The notes below the pieces were generated by a model. The model was given only the letters and a program-made list of their open reading frames with translations. It had not been told where the DNA came from and did no database searches. This document shows, piece by piece, positions 9,012-18,635 of a stretch of 32,000 nucleotides of DNA. The position numbers were made by a program, and so were the translations under genes. Source of the DNA: Pseudomonas phage phiKZ; the sequence record NC_004629.1, one strand, 5' to 3'. Within the stretch, counting starts at the first letter, position 1, and each line of letters opens with the position of its first letter.

Positions 9012-9352
9012 CTGAACGTATTCATTACTCAGATCGTAAGTTACCGCTGTGTTTTAAAGGTGTTTATGACATTCCAGTTGTAACCATCGAAAACTATTGT
9101 AAGTGGTATGGTCTTAATATTGTCTATCCAGATGGGTGTGTTGAATGGGTTGACACTGATTTACTTGCTGAAATAGAACGGGAAAGCAAGTTCTCAGTAA
9201 TGGGTGATCACAACTATCATCCAATTCTGCTGGACAAAGTAGCTGAGAAGATTGGCGGGGTGGCATGTGAGGTTGCACGTGAGTTGATGACTGGTCGTTG
9301 GGTACTAGAGGTTATGGACGGTAAAATCCCTGGTCAAGAAAAATTCTGTTAA
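9008..9352 (+). CDS. Hypothetical phage protein
   Basis: 114 aa; ATGA overlap with upstream ORF. Confidence 0.8.
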   Translation: MTERIHYSDRKLPLCFKGVYDIPVVTIENYCKWYGLNIVYPDGCVEWVDTDLLAEIERESKFSVMGDHNYHPILLDKVAEKIGGVACEVARELMTGRWVLEVMDGKIPGQEKFC

Positions 9353-9356
9353 ATGG

Positions 9357-9905
9357 ATGATTAAAATGGGTATTGATGTTTTCCCTGTAGTTACCAAACG
9401 TTCCACACGTTCTTCAGATGGTGCACGTGTACTTAAATTCATTGACATGCATACATGCGAGGCTCTTAACTTTAGCCGTTGCTATTATCTTTGGGATTGG
9501 TTAACCGATAATAATGAGTATACCAACCGATTCTGTCGACCGACTCTTAAAGGCTGTGGATTTGGTACACTCGTCAGTGATGACTCGCATCCAGTATGGA
9601 ACAACTTTGAAGGTCGCCTTTCACAAATTGTCAATTCCAAACAGGACAATCTAACACCGTACGCCTATTATAGTGAAGATGGTTGGTACCCACTTACAAT
9701 GATCTTCAATATGGAAGACCTCTGGAACTTCGATTATGATCAGAAGCCAACGATGTTCGATCAAGATGTTAATGGTGAAGTCATTTCGGAAAAAACCTAT
9801 CGCCAGCTATTTTTGAGCAATGGTGTGGATGATGGTTATTTCAAGTTCCTGGAAGAAACTAAAAAGATGGAGTGTGTTCACTTCATCGCCCGATTCTGGG
9901 GATGA
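9357..9905 (+). CDS. Hypothetical phage protein
   Basis: 182 aa ORF; alternative starts at 9353-9366 region. Confidence 0.8.
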   Translation: MIKMGIDVFPVVTKRSTRSSDGARVLKFIDMHTCEALNFSRCYYLWDWLTDNNEYTNRFCRPTLKGCGFGTLVSDDSHPVWNNFEGRLSQIVNSKQDNLTPYAYYSEDGWYPLTMIFNMEDLWNFDYDQKPTMFDQDVNGEVISEKTYRQLFLSNGVDDGYFKFLEETKKMECVHFIARFWG

Positions 9906-9928
9906 TTACTTAACAGGAAAAGTTAAAA

Positions 9929-10498
9929 ATGGCTATTCTATCTGATAAAACAATCACTGACTTATCTAAAGGTCGTGAACCAATGATTACGGATTTCATT
10001 GGTCACCAGGTCCGTGAAAAAGATGGTAAAAAGATTATTAGTTATGGGCTTAGTTCATATGGGTACGATGTAAGGCTAGCCCGTAATTTTAAGATCTTTT
10101 CTAATGTAACAAGTGCAGTTATTGACCCATTAGACCCTAGTGATGGATTCTTAGTAGATTGGACTGGTGATTATTGTATTATTCCACCTAACAGTTATAT
10201 TCTTGGTCATACTGTAGAATCGTTTAATATTCCAGATGATGTCCTAGCTATTTGCACAGGTAAATCAACCTATGCACGACTAGGTGCAATTGTTAATGTC
10301 ACTCCTATTGAACCAGGTTTCAAAGGACAAGTCGTTATTGAGATTGCAAACTGCACTACACTACCTCTAAAAATTTATGCTGATATGGGTATTGCTCAGT
10401 TTATGTTCTTTAGAGGTGATGCCCCATGTGAAGTTAGTTATGCAAAACGTAATGGTAAATATCAAAATCAAATTGGTATCACAACAGCGAGACTTTAA
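9929..10498 (+). CDS. dcd: dCTP deaminase
   Basis: 189 aa; SSYGYDVRLARNFKIF, CTGKSTYARLGAIVNVTPIEPGFKGQVVIEIANCTTLPLKIYADMGIAQFMFF. Confidence 0.93.
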   Translation: MAILSDKTITDLSKGREPMITDFIGHQVREKDGKKIISYGLSSYGYDVRLARNFKIFSNVTSAVIDPLDPSDGFLVDWTGDYCIIPPNSYILGHTVESFNIPDDVLAICTGKSTYARLGAIVNVTPIEPGFKGQVVIEIANCTTLPLKIYADMGIAQFMFFRGDAPCEVSYAKRNGKYQNQIGITTARL

Positions 10499-10500
10499 TA

Positions 10501-10737
10501 ATGCTTAGTCCTAACCAAGAAAAGTTTGTCAGTCGGCTAACTGAAATTACAAAAGCATCTGATTCAGAACTTTGTGCAGTTAATGATACAATCTCATTTG
10601 ATATTTCAACTGATAACATGCATGCTGAATTCTTTAATTTGGTTGCTGAACTGCATTTTAAGATTGTTCATATGTTTCCAATTAACCAATATAACACTCG
10701 TTATCGGGTTGTTATTCATGAACCATTCTATCTATGA
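10501..10737 (+). CDS. Hypothetical phage protein
   Basis: 78 aa ORF immediately downstream of dcd. Confidence 0.7.
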   Translation: MLSPNQEKFVSRLTEITKASDSELCAVNDTISFDISTDNMHAEFFNLVAELHFKIVHMFPINQYNTRYRVVIHEPFYL

Positions 10738-10771
10738 TTGACCAACATAGTGGTTTATACATTTAAAGCAT

Positions 10772-10788
10772 TTTAAACAGTATATCAC
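10772..10788 (+). promoter_or_regulatory. Putative early promoter element (variant)
   Basis: TTTAAACAG-TATATCAC, 40 nt before the start at 10828. Confidence 0.55.
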
Positions 10789-10827
10789 AAATGTGATATA
10801 ATCAACATATATAGGAGATTCTAATAC

Positions 10828-11304
10828 ATGTCACGCAATACTATTTCTTCCTGGAGTGAACTTGGTTCAATGCTGGGTGTACAGCCGAAGCCGGTTCAGA
10901 AGAAACAGAAAAATCGAGCTAAAAAGAATCATGAAGCTGCGGTTCGTAAAAATTCTAGGGAAACCTTTATGGACATTGCTGCAAAACAAACTAAATCAAG
11001 TCCTAACTTCCGTAAGAACAAACAAAAAGATGTTCGTCATTGCAGTGTATGTGATAATATTAAACTAAAAGAAAATGGTATCGAAGAAGGGCGGGCCAAA
11101 CCAATTGGTATGACCGAATTAGCTAAGTTCAAAGTTGAGCTAGCAAAAAATGGTCTTGAGCTATTCGGTTGTGAAGTACGTAAGCAAGAATCTTTTGCAG
11201 ATGCATTTTATGGTAATAATACCATTTGTGAAGAAACTGCAAAGCTGATTAAAGCATACCAGGAAGAGTTTGATTCAGTCTTCCGCCGCGCTATTACTGC
11301 CTAA
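10828..11304 (+). CDS. Hypothetical Lys-rich protein with CSVCDN motif
   Basis: 158 aa, AGGAG RBS, basic N-terminus. Confidence 0.8.
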   Translation: MSRNTISSWSELGSMLGVQPKPVQKKQKNRAKKNHEAAVRKNSRETFMDIAAKQTKSSPNFRKNKQKDVRHCSVCDNIKLKENGIEEGRAKPIGMTELAKFKVELAKNGLELFGCEVRKQESFADAFYGNNTICEETAKLIKAYQEEFDSVFRRAITA

Positions 11305-11310
11305 CGATAT

Positions 11311-11330
11311 AGGGGACCTTCTGGTCCCCT
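11311..11330 (+). terminator. Terminator hairpin
   Basis: AGGGGACC-TTCT-GGTCCCCT. Confidence 0.6.
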
Positions 11331-11362
11331 TAGTCATTATTATTTTTTTTTGGATTTTAGCT

Positions 11363-11554
11363 ATGGATGATATTGAAAAGAAAATAGCCAAAATGGAAGC
11401 TCTATTTAGGTACCATGGTATTACCGTTGATATTAACCATAAGTTGAAACCTAATGCTAAGACAAAATTAACTCGTGCGGAAATTAACCGATTACAAATA
11501 CAATATGATAAGCTTTTAGCTGAACGCGAAGAAGCTTTAAAAGCAATTCCTTAA
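11363..11554 (+). CDS. Small hypothetical protein (start refined from 11270)
   Basis: 63 aa MDDIEKKIAKMEALFRYHGITVD...; the upstream part spans the terminator. Confidence 0.6.
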   Translation: MDDIEKKIAKMEALFRYHGITVDINHKLKPNAKTKLTRAEINRLQIQYDKLLAEREEALKAIP

Positions 11555-11573
11555 ATTATTGAGGATTTATAAA

Positions 11574-11789
11574 ATGTTCAAGCGCGTTATGAGATATATT
11601 CGTGTTTTGAAATTAATTGTTATTTTCTATGTTAGGCGACAACTGGGTTTACACGATTATTGTACACGAAAAAATACAATTGCATTAGATCGTGAAAATA
11701 ATAAACGTGTTCAAATAAATGCTATTTCTCGTAAAGTCGAAGAAGCATTATTTAAAGTTGAACTAGTTGCGATAATGAGTAAGCGGTAA
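11574..11789 (+). CDS. Small basic hypothetical protein (start refined from 11559)
   Basis: ATG at 11574 preceded by GAGGATTTATAAA; the ORF-track start is TTG. Confidence 0.65.
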   Translation: MFKRVMRYIRVLKLIVIFYVRRQLGLHDYCTRKNTIALDRENNKRVQINAISRKVEEALFKVELVAIMSKR

Positions 11790-11801
11790 TGTTGTCATAA
11801 A

Positions 11802-11821
11802 GCCCTCCCTTCGGGGAGGGC
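11802..11821 (+). terminator. Terminator hairpin within a 45-nt repeat
   Basis: GCCCTCCCTTCGGGGAGGGC, UUCG-type loop. Confidence 0.7.
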
Positions 11822-11846
11822 TATTGCACTAAATTTTATTTGAGAT
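11802..11846 (+). repeat. 45-nt exact repeat, copy 1 (terminator plus promoter upstream half)
   Basis: Identical to 27241-27285: GCCCTCCCTTCGGGGAGGGCTATTGCACTAAATTTTATTTGAGAT. Confidence 0.95.
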
Positions 11847-11855
11847 CTACATTAT
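11839..11855 (+). promoter_or_regulatory. Putative early promoter element (degenerate)
   Basis: TTTGAGATC-TACATTAT, 45 nt before the start at 11900. Confidence 0.45.
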
Positions 11856-11899
11856 AGATTAGCATATACTAATGGAAACATCTACATGAGGTAATTATC

Positions 11900-12199
11900 G
11901 TGAACGAAGCTATTATTTCACTGGACCGCAGAGGAGCCCATCATTTAGGATCTCGCGGTTATCCAATTAGATCAATTGGAGATGTTACAGTATTTGATTT
12001 GAATCATAATCAACTATATCCCAAAATCCATTCTCTTAAAGATCAAAATCATGATGGATGGCACTCCATTAGTGTTGATGATGAAAATGGAGTAACAGCG
12101 TATACGTTTGTTTTGAATATGGATCTTAATCTAGGATGGCTAAGACCTAAGCAGCCTAATGTTGGTGGTGGATATATCAAAATCAAATTTGAACAATAA
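11900..12199 (+). CDS. Hypothetical phage protein
   Basis: 99 aa ORF. Confidence 0.8.
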   Translation: MNEAIISLDRRGAHHLGSRGYPIRSIGDVTVFDLNHNQLYPKIHSLKDQNHDGWHSISVDDENGVTAYTFVLNMDLNLGWLRPKQPNVGGGYIKIKFEQ

Positions 12200-12215
12200 G
12201 CGGTGTGTACACCGC
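12200..12215 (+). terminator. Terminator hairpin
   Basis: GCGGTG-TGTA-CACCGC-TTTTA. Confidence 0.6.
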
Positions 12216-12248
12216 TTTTATTCCGTGTTTATACTCAAAAGGTAATTT

Positions 12249-13382
12249 ATGATTATGTTTAAGTACTTAAAAAATGTTATTGATATTTTTAACAAACCAA
12301 AAAAGGTAGATACATTAGAACAAAAGATAGCTAATCTAAATGATAAATACATCAGAGAAAATGTAGATGTTGATCAAATTGATATTCTGTCAGGTTATTT
12401 CACAGGAATGCTATCTGGGAAATTACATGATCGAAGTTTAGTATGGGGTTATTATACCAAAGAAACTAAGACATGGATGATTTATTTTGTTGAACAAAAT
12501 TTTGATTCATTCATGTATAAAGTAACTAATAATTCATTAGATATTATTAATCTAACTGATATAGAAGATCTTAAATTATTCTATTTCTCTAATGAACAAT
12601 ACATACCTGTAAATACACCAATCAATAGTGATCTAAATGTGGCTGTAATTTTCACATCAAAACCACTCACTAAGGATTTCATTGATCCATCTTTAATAGA
12701 TCAAGTTAAATCAGTTAATAGTAATTACAAGATTGTGATGGGTGGGTTATCTAATAATTCCAAATTTGATAGTAACCCAATAACTCTAATTGTAGAGTCT
12801 TATGAAGCAGATGGTGATATCGTCGTAGTTGAACTAACTAATGGTACAACTGTGGCCATCAATAGAAAACTACTTAATATGTTTATGTATCAGTCAAGAA
12901 TAGTTGATACATGTAATAACTCAAAAGTGCTTATAGATTTCAATGGACGGCTAAAGTTCACACCTATGGAGAATCATTTAGGTGGTATAAATAGTGCAAT
13001 GCATTATTGGTCAAGTAATGGAATTATCAAAATTAGGTGTGACTATAGTATCATATTAGATCTAGATAAGTTTCCAGAGATTGCTAATCATATTGGAAAC
13101 TGGATACATATTGAAGCTAAGACAATTGCAAAAGTAATTGACTCGGTTGTGGTACCATACTTAACAAATGGGGAGCTTAGTACGCTCATTGTTGATTTAG
13201 ATAATATCGATATTCAGTATCGTGGTTTAACATTATCTGGTAATATCAGCTTGCGTGATCGTTTAGATAAATGCAAAATCAAACTGATAAATCCATCAAC
13301 TGATCCATATGAGATACCTAGTCTAAATGGTAAACGTGATGTCCATGGTTTTTATAGAGTAGATGGAAGTTTATTAAAATGA
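12249..13382 (+). CDS. Hypothetical phage protein
   Basis: 377 aa ORF. Confidence 0.85.
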   Translation: MIMFKYLKNVIDIFNKPKKVDTLEQKIANLNDKYIRENVDVDQIDILSGYFTGMLSGKLHDRSLVWGYYTKETKTWMIYFVEQNFDSFMYKVTNNSLDIINLTDIEDLKLFYFSNEQYIPVNTPINSDLNVAVIFTSKPLTKDFIDPSLIDQVKSVNSNYKIVMGGLSNNSKFDSNPITLIVESYEADGDIVVVELTNGTTVAINRKLLNMFMYQSRIVDTCNNSKVLIDFNGRLKFTPMENHLGGINSAMHYWSSNGIIKIRCDYSIILDLDKFPEIANHIGNWIHIEAKTIAKVIDSVVVPYLTNGELSTLIVDLDNIDIQYRGLTLSGNISLRDRLDKCKIKLINPSTDPYEIPSLNGKRDVHGFYRVDGSLLK

Positions 13383-13849
13383 TTAAATTAGTGATTAGTC
13401 TTTTTTATAAAATAGTTAATGAAAAGATGTCTCCCACATATAAGAAATTAGTTACATTAGATAGAAATGGATACATTTTCAATAATAAACAAGATCTGTA
13501 TTCGATTAATCTTTCACTCTATCTTGAACTCATTCATTCAGTGACGAATGACTATATTGTTCAAGAAATTATAATGTGTCTAAGTTCTAAGCCACAAGCA
13601 GTGAAAGAACTATTCCTTGAAGACCTAAGTACTAATAATCAACTACATTATTCATTGTTAGCTTGTAAAATAATGAATGAGAGGAAAATCATTAATAAGA
13701 ATATTAATAAAGCGTGTGCTAAAAATATGGCTACTTTTTTAAAGGGTTATTTCCCAAGAGACTACTTCACTTGGTATAGTTGTCTCTATTTAGCCCTATC
13801 GGCTAAAAATAAAGCTGAGAATAACAAAGTATCTGTTATTAATGAGTAA
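13379..13849 (+). CDS. Hypothetical phage protein
   Basis: 156 aa; ATGA overlap with upstream ORF. Confidence 0.8.
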   Translation: MIKLVISLFYKIVNEKMSPTYKKLVTLDRNGYIFNNKQDLYSINLSLYLELIHSVTNDYIVQEIIMCLSSKPQAVKELFLEDLSTNNQLHYSLLACKIMNERKIINKNINKACAKNMATFLKGYFPRDYFTWYSCLYLALSAKNKAENNKVSVINE

Positions 13850-13853
13850 ATAC

Positions 13854-13872
13854 AATACTATGTAGTAGTATT
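13854..13872 (+). terminator. Weak AT-rich hairpin, possible terminator
   Basis: AATACTA-TGTAG-TAGTATT. Confidence 0.35.
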
Positions 13873-13951
13873 TCTATTACGTACCTTTCGAGGCATATAC
13901 TCCATGACTTATGTTGTGGGGTATATGTGTTATAATGTTTAAGAGGTTAAA

Positions 13952-14299
13952 ATGCAAAAGCAACTAAATTCTGATGATCTAGATGTTCTTGACTCCTTTA
14001 ATGCAGCATGGGAAATTGTTAAGGAAGAACATACTGATCTATTCTCACGTATAGCAATGATGGCTATTAATAAGTTAACTGATGATGATATCTCAGTCAA
14101 TGATACTAAAGTAAGTATTCAGCAAGTAGTTAATTTCCATGAGAGAATTCGAGATATCATTCCTAGCTCTGAGATTGTTAATCTTACGATTGTTAAAACT
14201 ATCTTAGGTGAAATGAATGGTTGGTTAGAATTTGATGAACTTAATGAAGAACTATTTACAGCATTAGGTAAAGCTTATAGCACTGTTAACTTTAATTGA
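13952..14299 (+). CDS. Hypothetical phage protein
   Basis: 115 aa ORF. Confidence 0.8.
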   Translation: MQKQLNSDDLDVLDSFNAAWEIVKEEHTDLFSRIAMMAINKLTDDDISVNDTKVSIQQVVNFHERIRDIIPSSEIVNLTIVKTILGEMNGWLEFDELNEELFTALGKAYSTVNFN

Positions 14300-14367
14300 T
14301 CATTAATATGAAAATTAAAACAATATAAGTGAGGCATGTGCCTCACTACATAGTAGAGGACTAACAC

Positions 14368-14700
14368 ATGCAGATTCAATTAGATCCATTAATGGTTTAC
14401 CATGGTAGCACTAGATCTTTATTTAATGAAGATTCTAGTTTAAATGTTGTTGATGTAAGGGGCATTCAATTAAATGCTGAAGGGATAGCTGATAACAAAA
14501 ATTACTATTTTGATTATGGACGTAAGAAAGATGATGATGGTGAAATACTCACTATTTACGTACATGATCGAAATGTAGCTAAAGATTTTATTGTACTGTA
14601 CGTTGAATTCCATTTAGGCACACATAAATTTCATACGTATGTACATCCACAATATCGGCATAAATTTCCAGTATTAGTACTGGAGTTATTATTCGTTTAA
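14368..14700 (+). CDS. Hypothetical phage protein
   Basis: 110 aa ORF. Confidence 0.75.
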   Translation: MQIQLDPLMVYHGSTRSLFNEDSSLNVVDVRGIQLNAEGIADNKNYYFDYGRKKDDDGEILTIYVHDRNVAKDFIVLYVEFHLGTHKFHTYVHPQYRHKFPVLVLELLFV

Positions 14701-14706
14701 TATTAA

Positions 14707-14727
14707 GGGACTCTTAATGAGAGTCCC
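14707..14727 (+). terminator. Terminator hairpin
   Basis: GGGACTCT-TAATG-AGAGTCCC then TATTTATTTT. Confidence 0.7.
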
Positions 14728-14888
14728 TATTTATTTTGCGTAAGTGTATATATGAAAAAGAAAGCATTTATTGAAACTAGTCTAAAATATTCAAACACCA
14801 AATATAACAAAGCGATCATCTGTAATGAAATAAAATTCAAACGGTACTAAACATACTAACCCTATGAATTAAAACGCACGGTGGTTGT

Positions 14889-15287
14889 ATGAAAATCTAT
14901 GGTTCTTCTTTTCATGAAGTCACACTAGAATATGGAAAACCCTTTATACGCAATGGGGTTTTAAAACATTTACCTGATCTAGGTACACCAGACTTAGGAT
15001 GGACTGATTTTAATATCCTTGAAATTATTCCAGGACCAGGTTATATCGATAAGAATACTCTAAACTTTTATAAAGAAAGAGATTGCTTATTTCCAGCAAT
15101 CGTCAGGTTTACTGTATTTGAAGAAGAGCGTAATCGTATTATATCAACAATTAATGTTGATCTGGCGAAAAAGGAATTAGAGTGGAATAAGACTGATCGT
15201 TTTTGGGAAATCGAAAACTTTGCAATTAGATTCCAATTAACTCAAAATCCTTATTCAGTTTTATGGGCATCCAATGGATCACTATAG
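14889..15287 (+). CDS. Hypothetical phage protein
   Basis: 132 aa ORF. Confidence 0.8.
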   Translation: MKIYGSSFHEVTLEYGKPFIRNGVLKHLPDLGTPDLGWTDFNILEIIPGPGYIDKNTLNFYKERDCLFPAIVRFTVFEEERNRIISTINVDLAKKELEWNKTDRFWEIENFAIRFQLTQNPYSVLWASNGSL

Positions 15288-15294
15288 GTGTCAT

Positions 15295-15708
15295 ATGCTT
15301 ACAATGGTTCCGTTATACCCTGGTGTGAGAGGATATCTTGAAGACTCGGTATTTTCAAAGAATGGGATTAATGATATTGGTTATCATAAATGGCTATCCC
15401 CTAAACGAGTGGTAGGTCCAGATGGGCTAATCATTAGTGAGGTAAAGATAACTCCACGTATAGCCAGAATGGAAGGCGAAGTAATTCTTAAAGTATGGGA
15501 TAAATGGCGAAGAGCCCAGCCTAAGCTAGTTGCTACTGTGTATATTGATCCTAAAGATAATTCATACAGGGTAGAAGTAGAGCCTTTTTATGCATGTCGT
15601 CGGATATTACTTGAAGTGGATTTATGGGCTCAAGTAATACCTGGTGACCGTGCACCATTTGTAAATGACTCTGTAGATGGTACATGGGCATCAAGAGATA
15701 TTATTTAA
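15295..15708 (+). CDS. Hypothetical phage protein (start refined from 15274)
   Basis: ATG at 15295 preceded by AGGTG. Confidence 0.7.
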   Translation: MLTMVPLYPGVRGYLEDSVFSKNGINDIGYHKWLSPKRVVGPDGLIISEVKITPRIARMEGEVILKVWDKWRRAQPKLVATVYIDPKDNSYRVEVEPFYACRRILLEVDLWAQVIPGDRAPFVNDSVDGTWASRDII

Positions 15709-16007
15709 TGCTTATACCAATTAAACTTCGTAAGACATTTAAAAGACTGGGCAAAAGACATTCTAAAAGAGTGTTGGCTGCCCAGTCATCTTTTCTGCCG
15801 TTTGGTGAATTAACGTTGAGGAAGCAAAGAATGCCTAAGAAAAATAAAGAATATATTCTTGATGTTATTGATACTAATACTAAAGAACTACAGGCACAGA
15901 TTAATACGTTAAGTGAACTTGTATGTGAACAACAGAAACAAATTAGTTTATTAAACAGAACACTAGTTGAGTTACAAGATAATTTGAAAAAAAAAGATAG
16001 GGATTAA
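15708..16007 (+). CDS. Small basic / coiled-coil hypothetical protein
   Basis: ATG overlaps the upstream stop (TAATG); internal ATG at 15831 with GAGGAAG upstream is an alternative start. Confidence 0.6.
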   Translation: MLIPIKLRKTFKRLGKRHSKRVLAAQSSFLPFGELTLRKQRMPKKNKEYILDVIDTNTKELQAQINTLSELVCEQQKQISLLNRTLVELQDNLKKKDRD

Positions 16008-16009
16008 AA

Positions 16010-16339
16010 ATGAATGTAGTTGATGAGTACCTACTTTTGACCTTATTCTGGATAGTTGTTTTATTTTCATTTATCCATGTATCGCAACGTTATAAACGAA
16101 TTAAAGAAAAACGAAGAGTTGATTTTCTAGTTAAAAGAGAATTAGTATATAATTATTTCAAAGTAACAGATCCTTCTGAATTAACTAATGATTCTATAGA
16201 AAGTATTATACTTAAATTAATTGGTGATAATTATAGAAAATTAACAGATATGCAGAAATTAGTAATTAGGGCAGCAGCAGGTCGTGGTTATATGTATAAC
16301 CCTAACAGACCAATTGGCAAACATTTGAAATATATGTGA
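16010..16339 (+). CDS. Putative membrane-anchored protein
   Basis: 109 aa with N-terminal hydrophobic segment YLLLTLFWIVVLFSFIHV. Confidence 0.75.
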   Translation: MNVVDEYLLLTLFWIVVLFSFIHVSQRYKRIKEKRRVDFLVKRELVYNYFKVTDPSELTNDSIESIILKLIGDNYRKLTDMQKLVIRAAAGRGYMYNPNRPIGKHLKYM

Positions 16340-16348
16340 GTTATAAAA

Positions 16349-16864
16349 ATGTCAGAAAACCGCCCGTTATATATAGCTGCTATTAAAAAAGATCTTTTAA
16401 AAACAACAGGTTTGTATAAACCTTATAATGATTCACCAATAGCTGTGGTTAGTAATGAAACCAGTAAGTGGCATGTAATGCTAAATATATTACGACATGG
16501 TTGGGAATGGATTGAAATACCTGAAGGTGAGATTAAACAACCGGAAAGTTACCATGACTATGTTATTCTAGCATTAACCACTGTATTAACTGATACTTTA
16601 GATTATAAAAATGATCCAAACTCTGATAAATATATCAAGCAAATAATCTGTACTGATATAGCACTAAAAGTTGAATATGATAAATTAATCAATGTGCTAG
16701 AGACAAGTAACGAGTTAGATTTAGCTGATGAATACACCTTTACTAAACAAGGTAATCTCAGAGGATATTTCCATTATGATGAGTATTATGGTTTAGATGT
16801 ACTGGCATGTGCATCTTATGTGATCTGTTCACATATCGAACTAACACCTAGAAATGTTAAATAA
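16349..16864 (+). CDS. Hypothetical phage protein
   Basis: 171 aa ORF. Confidence 0.8.
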   Translation: MSENRPLYIAAIKKDLLKTTGLYKPYNDSPIAVVSNETSKWHVMLNILRHGWEWIEIPEGEIKQPESYHDYVILALTTVLTDTLDYKNDPNSDKYIKQIICTDIALKVEYDKLINVLETSNELDLADEYTFTKQGNLRGYFHYDEYYGLDVLACASYVICSHIELTPRNVK

Positions 16865-16876
16865 TAGGAACTACTG

Positions 16877-17476
16877 ATGAAAAAACGTACCGCTTATATC
16901 GATCGTGCTAAATTCCGAGATTTTCTAGCCGAGAAAAAAATTAGCGTAAGTAGCCGACAGTGGATTGAAAAGAGCCACCCAGATCATAAAGAATATTACA
17001 AGGCAATCCTAGATTACGTCGTATCTAATGTAAAATTCAAAGAAGAACGTTATATTGAAAAGGCAAATGAGGTTATTATTAATGGGTGTATTCGATATCA
17101 TCTACCCATTCACGCTCAACGTGCACTAACTGTAGTTGAAGAAGAATTCATTAATAATGCTAGTCTTCAATTTACTTATCTGAATGATAATGATACTAAT
17201 ATTGCCAATATTAACTTTGAAGAAGTTCTTGATGCACAAGTAACTGAGAATGAAACTGAACTAAGACAAAGTTGGGAATATGTCAATTGTGATATCAACC
17301 CATCAGAATACTTTATTGATGTTGTTGATGTACCAGAAGAACTAATTCTTCGTCTATCTGTATTCCGTTTTGTACACAGTATCAAGAAACTGGAAGTAAA
17401 AGATAAGTTAGATCTTGCCGATGTTGTAGGTAAAGATCTAGTTATTGAAGATGGTAACGTTAAGGTTGTAGAATGA
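16877..17476 (+). CDS. Hypothetical phage protein
   Basis: 199 aa ORF. Confidence 0.8.
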   Translation: MKKRTAYIDRAKFRDFLAEKKISVSSRQWIEKSHPDHKEYYKAILDYVVSNVKFKEERYIEKANEVIINGCIRYHLPIHAQRALTVVEEEFINNASLQFTYLNDNDTNIANINFEEVLDAQVTENETELRQSWEYVNCDINPSEYFIDVVDVPEELILRLSVFRFVHSIKKLEVKDKLDLADVVGKDLVIEDGNVKVVE

Positions 17477-17553
17477 TTTAAGGCTATTTTAGTAGCTTTA
17501 TATTCTGATCTTAGCAACCTAGGTACAACGTGATGCAATGTTTAACACACGTA

Positions 17554-17898
17554 ATGAAGTTAGTGGCCGTATTAAGTACGTTGTTATACGTATCAAACCC
17601 ACTAGCTGCATCGTTGGTAGTTGACGAGAATTACTGTAATGGTGTTGCACTTATAGCACATGCCACAGCAGAAGCACGTCAGCGTAAAACACCCATTTTA
17701 CAATGGGAAGAAAACCTACGATCCCTAAAAGGGTACGGCGTGAAGAACAAAGATAACGTTCTTTACAATGTTCTCCCAGCAGCAATTAAAGAGGTGCACG
17801 TTGTGTATTCACGTAGACAAAGCCCACGTGATGCATACGTTACATCATTTAAAACCTGTATGGATAACAACTACGGTAAAGCTGTGGTTGTAAAATAA
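17554..17898 (+). CDS. Exported two-cysteine small protein (start 17530 or 17554)
   Basis: Signal peptide-like MKLVAVLSTLLYVSNPLAA then ...NYCNG ... FKTCMDNN. Confidence 0.65.
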   Translation: MKLVAVLSTLLYVSNPLAASLVVDENYCNGVALIAHATAEARQRKTPILQWEENLRSLKGYGVKNKDNVLYNVLPAAIKEVHVVYSRRQSPRDAYVTSFKTCMDNNYGKAVVVK

Positions 17899-17900
17899 AT

Positions 17901-17920
17901 ACCAGCCCTTCGGGGCTGGT
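17901..17920 (+). terminator. Terminator hairpin
   Basis: ACCAGCCC-TTCG-GGGCTGGT then TTATTT. Confidence 0.75.
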
Positions 17921-17933
17921 TTATTTCATCTAG

Positions 17934-18251
17934 ATGAGAATCTGTGGGTTGCAAATGTATAAAGTATTTGTTATATCAATGATAACACTAACGGCTATAT
18001 CAACATGTGTAACTTTCATTATTAATATAAAAAATCATTATATTCACTGGATGGGTGTTTATAAGGTTAGATATGTATTAGATAAAATGCCCAATGGCAT
18101 AAGTTATTTTTTCTATCAAAATGCTGTCCAAGACATTATAGATAAAGAATCATCTAAAATAACAAATCAACATATTTTTACATCTTTTATTTACGATATC
18201 AACTCATTGATTATATTAAAATGTAATAATAGGGAAACAGCAAATGAATGA
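17934..18251 (+). CDS. Putative membrane protein
   Basis: 105 aa; VFVISMITLTAISTCVTFIINI. Confidence 0.7.
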   Translation: MRICGLQMYKVFVISMITLTAISTCVTFIINIKNHYIHWMGVYKVRYVLDKMPNGISYFFYQNAVQDIIDKESSKITNQHIFTSFIYDINSLIILKCNNRETANE

Positions 18252-18534
18252 TATCATGACAGTAATTATAGGTATTTTGTTTCTGATTATAATGATGGCT
18301 TTAATTAACTGGGGTTATTATGCCATCAAACACACGATAAAGTGTAACAGGCTTTATAAAGAAGCACTATCAATTATTGACAATATGAGTGATGGTTTAT
18401 CTGAATACCAGTATACAGTAGCTATTGGACGTTTACGTAAAAAGGCATACTCTATCGACCATTTAACTGCTGTTAAAATGTTTGAAGCATTAGACTTAGT
18501 TATTAAAGATAAGTCAAGAAAGAAAAATAAATAA
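18244..18534 (+). CDS. Putative membrane protein
   Basis: 96 aa; MTVIIGILFLIIMMALINWGYYAI; overlaps upstream stop. Confidence 0.75.
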   Translation: MNDIMTVIIGILFLIIMMALINWGYYAIKHTIKCNRLYKEALSIIDNMSDGLSEYQYTVAIGRLRKKAYSIDHLTAVKMFEALDLVIKDKSRKKNK

Positions 18535-18542
18535 GCATAAAT

Positions 18543-18564
18543 AGGAGAGCTATTTAGCTCTCCT
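18543..18564 (+). terminator. Terminator hairpin
   Basis: AGGAGAGCT-ATTT-AGCTCTCCT then TTATTG. Confidence 0.7.
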
Positions 18565-18582
18565 TTATTGCATTAAATTTTT

Positions 18583-18599
18583 TTTGAAATCTATATTAC
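18583..18599 (+). promoter_or_regulatory. Putative early promoter element
   Basis: TTTGAAATC-TATATTAC, 36 nt before the small ORF at 18636. Confidence 0.65.
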
Positions 18600-18635
18600 A
18601 TATTTGGTCAAGTCATATCAAAATAGGTAGTTATA

